A stretch of 58,945 nucleotides of DNA from a virus (Duplodnaviria > Caudoviricetes), in the IMG/VR virus record IMGVR_UViG_3300027905_000003, positions 1 to 58,945 of that record; one strand, written 5' to 3'. The notes under the pieces were generated by a model. That model saw nothing but the letters and a program-made list of their open reading frames with translations, was not told the DNA's origin and did no database searches. Below are positions 29,237-38,481 of the stretch, one piece after another. The translations under genes were made by a program, and so were the position numbers. Each line of letters opens with the position of its first letter. The first letter of the stretch is position 1.

Positions 29237-30814
29237 ATGCCTGCTCCCCGCCGCGCGCACCACTACCTCATCAATCCCTCGGGCGCCCGGAGTCGACGGA
29301 ACCCGGTGCTCACGATCTTCGGCAACCCGAAACGAAACGCCGAGTTCTCGCGGCCCACGCAGCGTCGGATCTCGTCCTTCATCGGGCGCGAAGTGCGGAG
29401 CGGCGTGCCGGTCAAGCAAGCGGCGGCGATCGCGTATTCAAAAGCCCGGCGAGGCGCCCTCAAGAATCACGGCTACTACGGCGCACTGCCCTATCGGCCC
29501 GCGCCGAAGCGGACGAGCCAGGGCGGCGGAGCCGTGATGTTCCGCGACGTCCCCGTCGGCGGCCGCTTCCAACTCGCCGGCGGCGGCCCCACCTACACCA
29601 AAACCGCCCGCATGGGCTTTCACGGATCAGACCTCGTGTATCGAGCCAATAGAGGCCGTCGGAATGCGACCACTGGCGGGAGATCCCATTACGCCGCCGC
29701 CGGGAGAGCTCTGGGCTCTGCCGCCAAGTCCATCGGGACCGGAGTGTATCGCTCCGGCATCAAGTACGGAAAGAAAAGCTTGGCCGGGGCCGGCGCGGGC
29801 CTCTCGGCCGGATGGAAAGCCTTCCGCGCCGCCAACCACCCTCGTCGCGAGACGACACGTCGGAGAAAGAACATGGCAGCTCGCCGTAACAGCCGCCGCA
29901 ATCACCGCCATCGCGTGCGGTCTGTGCGGCGGAACCGCTCGCGCGTTCGTCAAAACACTCGCGCTCGCACGCGACGGAATCGCCCGCGCTCGCGCCGGAA
30001 CTACCGCGCCCGCGCCAATCGGCCACACCGCAACCGTCGGCGCCGGAACGTGCGGCACCGCGCCCGGATGAACAGCCCGCGCCGCAATCGCCGCCGTCGC
30101 AACGTGCGCCATCACGCCCGCCGCAACACTCACCGTCGTCGTCGGAACACCATGCGCACCCGTCGTCGCCGCAATGTGCACCACAGACGTCGGCGGAATA
30201 GCCATCGCGTGCATGCCCGTCGGCGGAACGTCCATCATCGGCGCCGGCGGAACACGCACCGGATGCACCACCGCCGCCGGAACCCCTTTGCCCGTCGTCG
30301 GCGCCGGAATCCGTTCACTGTCGGCGGCATGACGCAACTGGTCGTGAGCGGATTGATCACCGGTGGTGCGGCCGTCGGCGGGTATGGGCTCGTCAAGTTC
30401 CTCGACTCGCTGTACACGTTCCCGGTCTTGCAGACGACGAACGTCCCGGGTACGACGGCGACCGTGGGCGACACGCTCCAGAGCACGCTCCACGCGACAG
30501 GCATCACGATCGCGAGCGCGATGGTGATGAGAAAGGCCCGGCCGACGACGTTCGTTCGTGAGTTGGCCGCCGGTGTCATCGCCGGCGCCTGGCTCTCCGT
30601 CTTCTTGGACCTCGTCCGCTCGTGGACGGCCCTCCCGGCATCGGTGCAGGGCTACTTCGGCGCCTACCCCCGGATGAGCGCTTATCCGAGGATGGGTGCC
30701 ACCACGGGCTCGAACCTGATCGGCCCAGGCTCTTTGGGCTCCCGCGCCGCGACGGTGCAGGCGGCCCATGCGCGTTACGGCTCCTACCCGGCCATGGGGG
30801 GCGCCAGTTGGTAG
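29237..30814 (+). CDS. Arg/His-rich RRN-repeat protein with hydrophobic C-terminal helices (candidate DNA-condensing core/membrane protein)
   Basis: About 20 Arg-rich units punctuated by Asn at 29873-30316, ending RRRNPF twice, then three hydrophobic helices and YPRM repeats. Confidence 0.8.
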   Translation: MPAPRRAHHYLINPSGARSRRNPVLTIFGNPKRNAEFSRPTQRRISSFIGREVRSGVPVKQAAAIAYSKARRGALKNHGYYGALPYRPAPKRTSQGGGAVMFRDVPVGGRFQLAGGGPTYTKTARMGFHGSDLVYRANRGRRNATTGGRSHYAAAGRALGSAAKSIGTGVYRSGIKYGKKSLAGAGAGLSAGWKAFRAANHPRRETTRRRKNMAARRNSRRNHRHRVRSVRRNRSRVRQNTRARTRRNRPRSRRNYRARANRPHRNRRRRNVRHRARMNSPRRNRRRRNVRHHARRNTHRRRRNTMRTRRRRNVHHRRRRNSHRVHARRRNVHHRRRRNTHRMHHRRRNPFARRRRRNPFTVGGMTQLVVSGLITGGAAVGGYGLVKFLDSLYTFPVLQTTNVPGTTATVGDTLQSTLHATGITIASAMVMRKARPTTFVRELAAGVIAGAWLSVFLDLVRSWTALPASVQGYFGAYPRMSAYPRMGATTGSNLIGPGSLGSRAATVQAAHARYGSYPAMGGASW

Positions 30815-30911
30815 TGCACCGCTGATCGCTTCACTGCCTGTAGTCAGTCACTCGTAAAGAGCACTTCGTAGTTCACAACCGTTCACCCTCTCGTCGTGAG
30901 ACGACACGTTT

Positions 30912-31742
30912 ATGACTCGCATTCAGCAGTTCAGCCGATCGGCGGTGACTTCACTCTTCGCGCTCATCGCCGCCATGACAGCGGCGGTGGGCCGGTGGGT
31001 CAACGCCCGCTTCGATCACTGGTACGACCGCTCGAAGAAGATCCTCGCGTTGCTCGACGCCGACGGTCCGGCCATCGCGCGCAAGCTGCGCTTGGGCATG
31101 ATCCGCATCGACACGAGCGCCTTGACGCAGGATCAGTTGCAAGCCGCGTCCACGCCGGCGACGGCGCTCGAAGGGGAAACCATCGCGTATTCGTTCTGGG
31201 ACACCCAGACGTATCCCTCCGGTGGTCAGCAGTCCTTGACGTTCTTCCAGACTACGAACTCGGACGCCTCGCTCTCGAATATGCCGATGAGCGGATCGTT
31301 CCCGAACCCGATCTGGTTCTGCCCGCAGTTCGTCACGTTGGATGCGCTCGGCATCCCGTCGAACACCGCGGCGACCTCCGCCGGTTCCGTGAATACCGGT
31401 CTCGCCAACGATCTCTACACGTTGGCCAACTCGGGCCGGCTCTGGTTCCAGTTCACGCTGGCCCAGAAGATCTACGCCCAGTTCCCGGCGACGGGCATCC
31501 ACCCCTCGGGCGGCCCGGTCGTCTTCAACACCTCGACCGGCGTAGCGGCCACCCAGCAGCAGTACGCGCTCTGGGGTATCCCGGATGGCGATCTCTACGT
31601 CGGCCCTCCAGGGACGTTAGTCATCCCGCCGATGCAGAACTTCACCGTCAACCTCTTCACGAGCACCACGGCGCCGACGATCACCACGAGCCTCCCCATC
31701 CGCATCACGATGTGGGGCTCGATCATCCGCCGCGTTCTGTAG
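30912..31742 (+). CDS. Candidate major capsid protein, large (jelly-roll-like)
   Basis: Beta-rich 276 aa (FWDTQTY, LTFFQ, SNMPMSGSFP, LVIPPMQNFTV) directly after the basic protein; hairpin leader. Fold is inferred. Confidence 0.6.
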   Translation: MTRIQQFSRSAVTSLFALIAAMTAAVGRWVNARFDHWYDRSKKILALLDADGPAIARKLRLGMIRIDTSALTQDQLQAASTPATALEGETIAYSFWDTQTYPSGGQQSLTFFQTTNSDASLSNMPMSGSFPNPIWFCPQFVTLDALGIPSNTAATSAGSVNTGLANDLYTLANSGRLWFQFTLAQKIYAQFPATGIHPSGGPVVFNTSTGVAATQQQYALWGIPDGDLYVGPPGTLVIPPMQNFTVNLFTSTTAPTITTSLPIRITMWGSIIRRVL

Positions 31743-31769
31743 TCCCGGTTTCCGGCCACCGCCGTCGTT

Positions 31770-31810
31770 TCAGCGAACTATCAGTTTGAAAGCAATTGAT
31801 AGTTCGCTGA
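31770..31810 (+). promoter_or_regulatory. Long inverted repeat between the two capsid candidates
   Basis: TCAGCGAACTATCA pairs perfectly with TGATAGTTCGCTGA (14 bp, extendable). Confidence 0.7.
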
Positions 31811-31883
31811 TCGGCGCGATGGACCTGCACCTCTGAAGGATCCTGAAGGCTGTCTTTCACGCACGCCGTGAGGCGTTCTGTCA

Positions 31884-32408
31884 ATGGCTGGATCTGGACC
31901 GATAGCGGCCGCGCAAGTCGCGCCGACTGTCCTGCCGATCATCCCGTACCCGAACTGGCTGGCGCTTTTGCCGCCCCAGTACTTGGGGCTCGTCAAGAAG
32001 TTCGCGACGTACTCGGCCGTCTTCACGGGATCGAACGTGTTGAACGCGAGTGCGACGCTCACGGTCCCGGTCCAGCTCAATAACGACTCGGACTTCTGCG
32101 TCCTGGCCATCAATGCGATGGTCATCTCGACGGACAGTACCACGCTCTACACGTACCAGCCGATCACGATTCAAGTCACCGATACGCGATCGAACACGCA
32201 GCTCTTCACGCAGCCCGAGCTCCTGCAGAACGTCGCCCCCAACGCGGCGACCCCGTTCTATCTCCCCTATCCCTACGTGTTCGATGGCGGGAGTGTCATC
32301 CAGACGACGCTCGTCAACCTCATCGCAGGCACGAACTTCAACGTCTACGTCAGCTACAAGGGCTTCAAGATCTATCCGACGCCCATGTCGCAGATCACGA
32401 GCGAGTGA
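31884..32408 (+). CDS. Candidate major capsid protein, small (single jelly-roll-like)
   Basis: Beta-rich 174 aa (VQLNNDSDF, IQVTDT, PFYLPYPYVF, VSYKGFKIY). Fold is inferred. Confidence 0.55.
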   Translation: MAGSGPIAAAQVAPTVLPIIPYPNWLALLPPQYLGLVKKFATYSAVFTGSNVLNASATLTVPVQLNNDSDFCVLAINAMVISTDSTTLYTYQPITIQVTDTRSNTQLFTQPELLQNVAPNAATPFYLPYPYVFDGGSVIQTTLVNLIAGTNFNVYVSYKGFKIYPTPMSQITSE

Positions 32409-32676
32409 GCCATGGCCTCCTCTCGCAAAGGGCGCCGGCATCGCCCGAATCGCATTCCCTCGGCTGACGAACTCGAACGCTTGGTCGATGACTTGGCCGA
32501 GGAGCGCCATGTCCCGCTCCATAGCTGGGCCGAGATCGGGGCAGGGACCGTCATGGAGATCGCCGACGAATTGGACTACGAGACGGACGACGAGGACATC
32601 GAGTCGATCCAGATCCGTCTCCGGGCACTCGCTGACATCCTGAGCAAGTTGGGCGACCGGCTCCGGTGATGCGCCC

Positions 32677-33327
32677 ATGAGTGTCTTGGACCGTTTGCCG
32701 CGCCGGCATCCCTTCGCGCCCAAGACGATCGCGAACCCGACCGGCATGCCCCCGGACGTCGAGGGCGCGTCGGGACGCTACGCGCAGGTCAACCCGGCGC
32801 TCAACTACGACGCCTACACGCCGGCCCCGGGGGTATCCGCCCCGCTCCAGCAGCCCACGCCCAATCTCCAGATCCATCCGGCCTGGGAGTATCCGCCCAA
32901 GGGCAGTCAGAACTTCTCGGCCCCGAACCGAAGCTTGGGTGTCATCACCGGGACACTCGCCGCCGGCGCCGGGTCAACCCTCGTCTTAGCCTCGCTCGCC
33001 TACTCCTCTCCGTCCAACTACATCACCGTCGTCCGCACGGTGAGTGCCTTCATCAATGCCCCGGACGGGAATAACGACATCAGTTGGATCTTGCAGGTGA
33101 ACGGGCAGGCGGTGCAGAACGGGGCGTTCACGATCTTCCCGTTCATTGCCGGCGCGGTGATCCGTTCCTTCTCGGTCGTCTTCCGCGACATCGAGCCCAA
33201 CTCGACGATCAGTCTCTTGATTCAGAACAACGCCGCCTCGGGGCCTTATACGGTGGGCGGCGGGTTCAGTGGCTGGTCGTATGCGATTCAGGCCGAGCAG
33301 TTGTTGACGGGCGGGTTGCCGAATTGA
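32677..33327 (+). CDS. Beta-rich structural protein (penton/vertex candidate)
   Basis: Pro-rich N-terminus followed by a beta-strand-rich domain; lies in the structural cluster. Confidence 0.5.
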   Translation: MSVLDRLPRRHPFAPKTIANPTGMPPDVEGASGRYAQVNPALNYDAYTPAPGVSAPLQQPTPNLQIHPAWEYPPKGSQNFSAPNRSLGVITGTLAAGAGSTLVLASLAYSSPSNYITVVRTVSAFINAPDGNNDISWILQVNGQAVQNGAFTIFPFIAGAVIRSFSVVFRDIEPNSTISLLIQNNAASGPYTVGGGFSGWSYAIQAEQLLTGGLPN

Positions 33328-33588
33328 GTACCTGGCCTCCGCTATCTCCACCGACTGTGTCGACCCGGTCCCCAGATCATCCGAACTGGTGGGTCCCCGA
33401 TACCCTGCGCTTTGCGGTCGCGATACCCGACGTCTTGTGGTATGTCGTTGTGCACGCGCCGATCGCCGCGCTTCGGCATCTCGTTGGCAAGCGAGATCGG
33501 TCTAGGCGTCGTGCGCTGCGCTGGTACCTCCAAAACAGTCGCGCGCCGGTCACCGAGCAGTTGTTGACGGGCGGGTTGCCGAATTGAG
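33293..33588 (+). repeat. 36-bp direct repeat (33293-33328 and 33553-33588) bracketing ORF 33324-33587
   Basis: CCGAGCAGTTGTTGACGGGCGGGTTGCCGAATTGAG occurs twice; both ORFs end EQLLTGGLPN. Confidence 0.95.
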
Positions 33589-33925
33589 ACTCGCCTCGCG
33601 TCGCCGCAATTGCGTTCGCCGGAACCCGGTCGAGACCGAGACGAACGCATTGGAAGAAGTCTTGGACGCGTTTCGCGCCCTCAAGCGCCTCCGCGAGCAT
33701 CTCGTCGAGTTGGCCCACGTCATCACCGCCGAGGACGAGGAGGTGGCCGAGACCACGAGCCGCGCGCTGCTCCGTGACCTCGATGACAGCGAGGCCGGAC
33801 TCGTCAACGCCATGCGCGTGCTGATCTCGGGGAAGTACAAGCGCCAAGCCATCGAAGCGCGCATCGTCCGCGTCGAAGATGATCCCGACTACGGGGACAC
33901 AGACCCGCTCGCGAGCTTCGAGTAG
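33584..33925 (+). CDS. Small helical protein with RRN/RRNP N-terminus
   Basis: RRRNCVRRNPVET; followed by 33930-34139 (MPRRANP). Confidence 0.6.
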   Translation: MRLASRRRNCVRRNPVETETNALEEVLDAFRALKRLREHLVELAHVITAEDEEVAETTSRALLRDLDDSEAGLVNAMRVLISGKYKRQAIEARIVRVEDDPDYGDTDPLASFE

Positions 33926-34142
33926 TCGCATGCCGCGTCGCGCCAATCCGCTCTCGGTTGATCCCGCCTCGCTCGACGACTTCGCACGCCAAGTCGACCA
34001 CGCCGTGCGAGAACTCGACACCATCGACTGGCCTGACCGCAAAGTCTTCCGCGACGTCGTGGACCAAGCGAACGGGGACGGGAGCGCGTTCGCGACGGAT
34101 CTCCGGACGCTGGCATCGGCGCTCCGCAAGTACGGGTAAGCG

Positions 34143-35447
34143 ATGGCGTTCGCGATCGAAGACCTCGTCGTCTCCCCCGGTATCAATGCGGGCTCGCCCT
34201 TCGCGTTGGGCGATGTCTTGTACGTGGCCCAGGTGTCTCCCGCGATCGCGGCCTCGACGCCCGTCATCCAGATCAACACGGCGACCAGTCCGCAGCAGGT
34301 CCAGATCGGACCCTTCGCCACGATCCCCGGTGCGACGGTCATCGGAAGCGGGGCCGTCGTCCCCACGGGAGGGGCCGGCAACGAAGTCGTCATCGGCACC
34401 AACGCCTCGACGGGCTTGGATACGCAAGACTCCATTGCGATCGGGCATGGGGCCACGACGGGCATTCTCAATAGCGCGAACGGCGGCGTGGCGCTCGGGG
34501 TCGGGGCCACGGTCGGGGGCGCCGGCTCGAATGCGGGGGGAGGCGTCGCAGTCGGGGAGACGGCCACCGCGAACAACGGCGTGGCGATCGGGGCCGCAGC
34601 CGTCTGTCTCTTGGGACAAGTCGCGATCGGGTCCGGGTCACTAGCGCAGAACTTCGGCGTCGCGGTCGGCGGCGGGGCCGCGGCGTTTATCGGCGCGGCG
34701 CACGGCAACGGCAGCGTCGCGATCGGCCGCAATGCGAGCGCCGGCGAGTCGACCGACATCGCGATCGGCACTGGGAACGGTGGGACCCTGGGCGGGGAAG
34801 GCGGGAACGTCATGCTGGGCTCAGGCGTCGGGAGCGCGGGCGTCACGGGCCACGACTGCGTCTGCGTCGGCTCCTCGAGCAACTCGGGCGGCGGCTTCAC
34901 CGCGGCCGCCTCCTCGGGCAACTTCTCGACGGTCATAGGCGGCAACTCGACGGCCGCCCACATCGGCGTCCACATCTTCGGCCGCGGGATCACGAGCACG
35001 GCCAACAACCAGTGCGTGATCGGTGGGACCGATGACCCGGTCGCCACGGTGTACGTCGGGAATGGGATCACGAACACGGGGCCGCAGAACGTCATTCTCG
35101 GCGTGACGGGCGCATCCGGCGCCAACGTGGGCGGCGCGCAACTCACGATCGCGGGCGGGATCTCGACCGGCACGGGCTTGGGTGGACCCATCCTGTTCCA
35201 GACGACGCCTGCTGGGCTCGCGGGCTCATCTCCCAATGCGCTGACGACCGCGCTCACGATCGACTCGACGCAGCTCGTGACGTTCGCCAATGCGCCCTTC
35301 CTGACGACGCAAAGCGCGCCGGGCGTCGCCAACGCGGGCACGTTGACGAATCTCCCGGCGGCGGCGGCGGCCGGGAATCCGCAGGTCTACTTGCAACTGA
35401 AGTCGACCGGCCACACCTACGTCGTGCCAGCCTGGCAGGTCGCGTAG
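34143..35447 (+). CDS. Spike/adhesin with YadA-head-like beta-roll repeats
   Basis: Repeated [VI]A[ILV]G motifs at about 13-17 aa spacing; Gly-rich. Confidence 0.7.
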   Translation: MAFAIEDLVVSPGINAGSPFALGDVLYVAQVSPAIAASTPVIQINTATSPQQVQIGPFATIPGATVIGSGAVVPTGGAGNEVVIGTNASTGLDTQDSIAIGHGATTGILNSANGGVALGVGATVGGAGSNAGGGVAVGETATANNGVAIGAAAVCLLGQVAIGSGSLAQNFGVAVGGGAAAFIGAAHGNGSVAIGRNASAGESTDIAIGTGNGGTLGGEGGNVMLGSGVGSAGVTGHDCVCVGSSSNSGGGFTAAASSGNFSTVIGGNSTAAHIGVHIFGRGITSTANNQCVIGGTDDPVATVYVGNGITNTGPQNVILGVTGASGANVGGAQLTIAGGISTGTGLGGPILFQTTPAGLAGSSPNALTTALTIDSTQLVTFANAPFLTTQSAPGVANAGTLTNLPAAAAAGNPQVYLQLKSTGHTYVVPAWQVA

Positions 35448-35459
35448 AGAAACGACGAT

Positions 35460-36776
35460 ATGGCGACCTCCATCATCGACACGATCGTCCCGACGCCGGC
35501 GACGCCGCCCCCTGTGATCTCGGTGTTCGGTCGGGTGGGCGCCGTGGTCGCCCAGACGGGGGATTACACGGTGGCCCAGGTGACCGGGGCCGCCCCGTTA
35601 GCCTCCCCCGCCTTGACGGGAGTCCCCACGGCTCCCACCGCCGCGCCTGGGACCAACACGACACAGCTCGCGACGACCGCCTTCGTGCAATCCGCCTCGC
35701 CGGTGACGTCGGTGTTTGGCCGGACCGGGGCCGTGGTCGCCCAGACCGGCGACTACACCGTCGCGCAGGTGACCGGCGCGGCACCCTTGGCCTCTCCTGC
35801 TTTGACTGGGGTGCCCACGGCCCCGACGGCCGCTGCGGGCACCGATACGACGCAGCTCGCCACGACCGCCTTTGTCCAATCCGCCTCTCCCTCGCAGACC
35901 ACTTTCACCGCGGCCGGCGCCCAGACGTACACGATTCCCTTGGGCGCGACGTTCATCGACTTCTTCATCTACGGGAGTGCCGGCGGCGGCGGGGGGGGAC
36001 GGGAAGGACCCGCAGCAGAAGCCTCAGTCGGCGGCGGTGGTGGTGGCGGTGGCGGCTACCTCTTCCTCCGCTACCCAGTCTCGGTCTTCACCGCGAACCT
36101 CGACACGCAGCTCACGATCACGGTGGGCGCCGGCGGGACGCCGGGTGCGGCGGCCACGGCCAATTCGACGAACGGCGGGAACGGCGGCACGGGCGGCACG
36201 ACCACGATCGTCGGCGCGACGTCGGCCGTGGTCTATGCCAGCATCCCTGGTGCAGGCGGGGGCGGGGGCGGACAGGCGGCCGCTGGTGGGGCGGGTGGGA
36301 CAGCCCAGTCCACGTCGCAAGGCTTCGGCGCGCATTCTCCAGAGATCGGTGAGGTTGGCGGATCGGCGTCGGCGACGGGCGGGGTTGGAGGGAACGGGAC
36401 CCAGCAGAACTCCTTGGTCGCGGCCATTTCGGATGCCGGGTCCTCGGGCTCGGCCGGCGGCGGGATCAGTACCGGTAACACGGCGGCCGCTGGGGGGATT
36501 GCGGGCGCGGCCGCGGGCTACACCGGGACCTTCAGCCAAGCGGCCGGCGGCACCGTCGGGAACAATGGCAACAACGGCTACACTCCACCGGCGGGCGTCC
36601 CCTACTCGGGCGGCGGCGGCTCGGGCGGTGGCGGCAACACAGCGGGTGTGGGCGGCACGGGCGGGCTGGGCGGACCCGGCGCGGGCGGTGGCGGCGGCGG
36701 CGCCTCGCGGAACGGCGCCAACTCGGGCGCTGGCGGGGCGGGCGGGAATGCGGGAGTATACGTGTATGCCCACTGA
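35460..36776 (+). CDS. Fibre/spike protein with 2 x 63-aa repeat and a Gly-rich domain
   Basis: SVFGR.GAVVAQTGDYT...APLASPALTGVPTAPTAA..T.TTQLATTAFV repeats at a 189-nt period (35520, 35709); poly-Gly C-terminal half. Confidence 0.75.
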   Translation: MATSIIDTIVPTPATPPPVISVFGRVGAVVAQTGDYTVAQVTGAAPLASPALTGVPTAPTAAPGTNTTQLATTAFVQSASPVTSVFGRTGAVVAQTGDYTVAQVTGAAPLASPALTGVPTAPTAAAGTDTTQLATTAFVQSASPSQTTFTAAGAQTYTIPLGATFIDFFIYGSAGGGGGGREGPAAEASVGGGGGGGGGYLFLRYPVSVFTANLDTQLTITVGAGGTPGAAATANSTNGGNGGTGGTTTIVGATSAVVYASIPGAGGGGGGQAAAGGAGGTAQSTSQGFGAHSPEIGEVGGSASATGGVGGNGTQQNSLVAAISDAGSSGSAGGGISTGNTAAAGGIAGAAAGYTGTFSQAAGGTVGNNGNNGYTPPAGVPYSGGGGSGGGGNTAGVGGTGGLGGPGAGGGGGGASRNGANSGAGGAGGNAGVYVYAH

Positions 36777-36817
36777 TCTGATTCAGGGCCTCTCCATCAT
36801 CTCACCCCGAGCGGGAC

Positions 36818-36916
36818 ATGAGCAAATTGGACCAGCGACTCTGGCTCGTGATCGTGGTGGGCGCCGTCCTCTTCACCGCTCTCGTAGTGTGGCTCGTGGC
36901 CGAGAACATGCGGTAA
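36818..36916 (+). CDS. 32-aa single-TM peptide
   Basis: MSKLDQRLWLVIVVGAVLFTALVVWLVAENMR; below the ORF-track cutoff. Confidence 0.5.
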   Translation: MSKLDQRLWLVIVVGAVLFTALVVWLVAENMR

Positions 36917-36993
36917 CCTCGGGGCTTCTTTCGGTCGCGATGCCGCATCACGCGAAGGCGCTCATCGTCGCGGAATCGGACTAAGTCCATCCC

Positions 36994-37455
36994 ATGGCCA
37001 ACCCTCCTCCTTATCCGGCCGCCGTGACCACGTCGAGCACGACTGCGCTCTCAGGGATCACGCAGTCCGTAGTCAACGGGATGAACGAGATCACCCTCCC
37101 CGTGATCGTGGTGTCGGGCGCGATCTCGGGTCAGGCCACGGTCGGCGACTTCGTGTATCTCCAGACCCCCGAATTGGCCGGAGCCACGGTACTGGATGCG
37201 AATACGAATGAGATCCTCGCCAGTCTCGCGCTCTTTCAAACCGCATTCTTCCTCGCCTCGGCGAACCTCGTGTGGAAAGCCGTGGCCGCCTTGGCGCCCG
37301 TGTGCTTGCGGCTCATCCCCAAGGGCGCGGTCAACACGCTCGCCTTCGGCAGCGCGAACGCCGCAACGGAGATCACGACGCCGGGCGCGCTCGCGGGCTT
37401 TATCCCCGTCATTGCCCCCAATGGGGCGATCGGTTACATGCCCTACTGGCAATAA
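36994..37455 (+). CDS. Putative structural/spike-associated protein
   Basis: MANP start; C-terminal PGALAGFIPV...YMPYW resembles the end of 34143-35447. Confidence 0.6.
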   Translation: MANPPPYPAAVTTSSTTALSGITQSVVNGMNEITLPVIVVSGAISGQATVGDFVYLQTPELAGATVLDANTNEILASLALFQTAFFLASANLVWKAVAALAPVCLRLIPKGAVNTLAFGSANAATEITTPGALAGFIPVIAPNGAIGYMPYWQ

Positions 37456-37820
37456 CACTTCCGGAGACCCGCTATGCACTGGCTCGATGACGTCGTCGCC
37501 ACCCTCACCAAAGAAGCCCAACGCTGGAGAAGCTCACACGCCGACAAAGCGGAAGCGCATGCGACGGCGGCGGCATTGCTGCGTCGCTACGCACTCGCCA
37601 ACGAATCCCACGAAGCGGTGAAAGCCGCGCTGGCCGAGCATCCGGTCGAGGCATCCGATGTCGCCCCTGCTCCCGTCGTGACTGAGGTGCGCGATCGCGT
37701 CGAACTGGTGCCGCCCGTGCATCCGGTCGACCCCGATGCCGAAACCCCGACCGTATAAGAATGCCATTGTAATGGCCTAAGTATTTTTCTCTAACGCACG
37801 CCGTGAGGCGTTCCGTTCAC

Positions 37821-38279
37821 ATGCCCTTCCTCGACATTCAGCACGAAGTCCTCGACGTCTTCGGCTCGGGGGCGACCGGCTTCAAGCCCGTCGTACGTAC
37901 GACGTATGGGTTCGACTCCTCCATAGGCTTCGGGTACCGACTCCAGAAGCCCGTGTTTCAGGCGAACATCGTCGTCGATCTGAACCTTGGGAACTACATC
38001 AGGGTCATCGCGACAGCGAACACCAACATTACGCTCCTCGCCCCGGTGAACGTGCCACAGATATTCGCGATGCCGATCGTGATTGAGATTTCCAACGCGA
38101 GCGGGGGGGCCATGGGTTCAGTGACCCTCAATGCGGCGTACCTCTCGCCGTCGACGGCGGCGTTCTCGACGCAACCAGCCAATGGTAAAAACCAGGTGGC
38201 CGGATGGTTCAACGTTGGAACCCAAGCCGTTCCGGTGTGGCACCAGTGGTTCATACAATCCAGTGATTCGAGTAATTGA
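37821..38279 (+). CDS. Beta-rich putative structural protein
   Basis: Shares a 20-nt leader with 31884; beta-rich composition. Confidence 0.6.
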   Translation: MPFLDIQHEVLDVFGSGATGFKPVVRTTYGFDSSIGFGYRLQKPVFQANIVVDLNLGNYIRVIATANTNITLLAPVNVPQIFAMPIVIEISNASGGAMGSVTLNAAYLSPSTAAFSTQPANGKNQVAGWFNVGTQAVPVWHQWFIQSSDSSN

Positions 38280-38481
38280 CCCTCATGCGAACATGCTTCC
38301 GCCATCCTGATCGCGAGACGTCGGTCGTCTCGATGTTCGTCCATCGCACCTTCACCGTCGGCGCGGGCGAGGAGAAATCCGTGATGGCGGTCTGTGGGGC
38401 CGAGGCGATGTGTGAGGAGTGCTTTCTCGGCACCGGGGCGGGGAGCGCTGCGGATTGGACTCGGGTCAGCGGGGCCTGTCG

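Noticed and set aside
33293-33588. 36-bp repeat as a CRISPR array
   Set aside because: Only two copies, separated by a 224-nt coding spacer. The repeat is a gene end, and there is no cas1/cas2.
33377-35341. 654-aa minus-strand ORF, and similar ones at 16052-17506 and 29627-30769
   Set aside because: Antisense shadows of well-supported + strand genes in high-GC DNA.
34143-36776. Evidence for a tailed phage
   Set aside because: Fibre-type repeats are mobile modules. No terminase, portal, tail tube or tape-measure gene was found.
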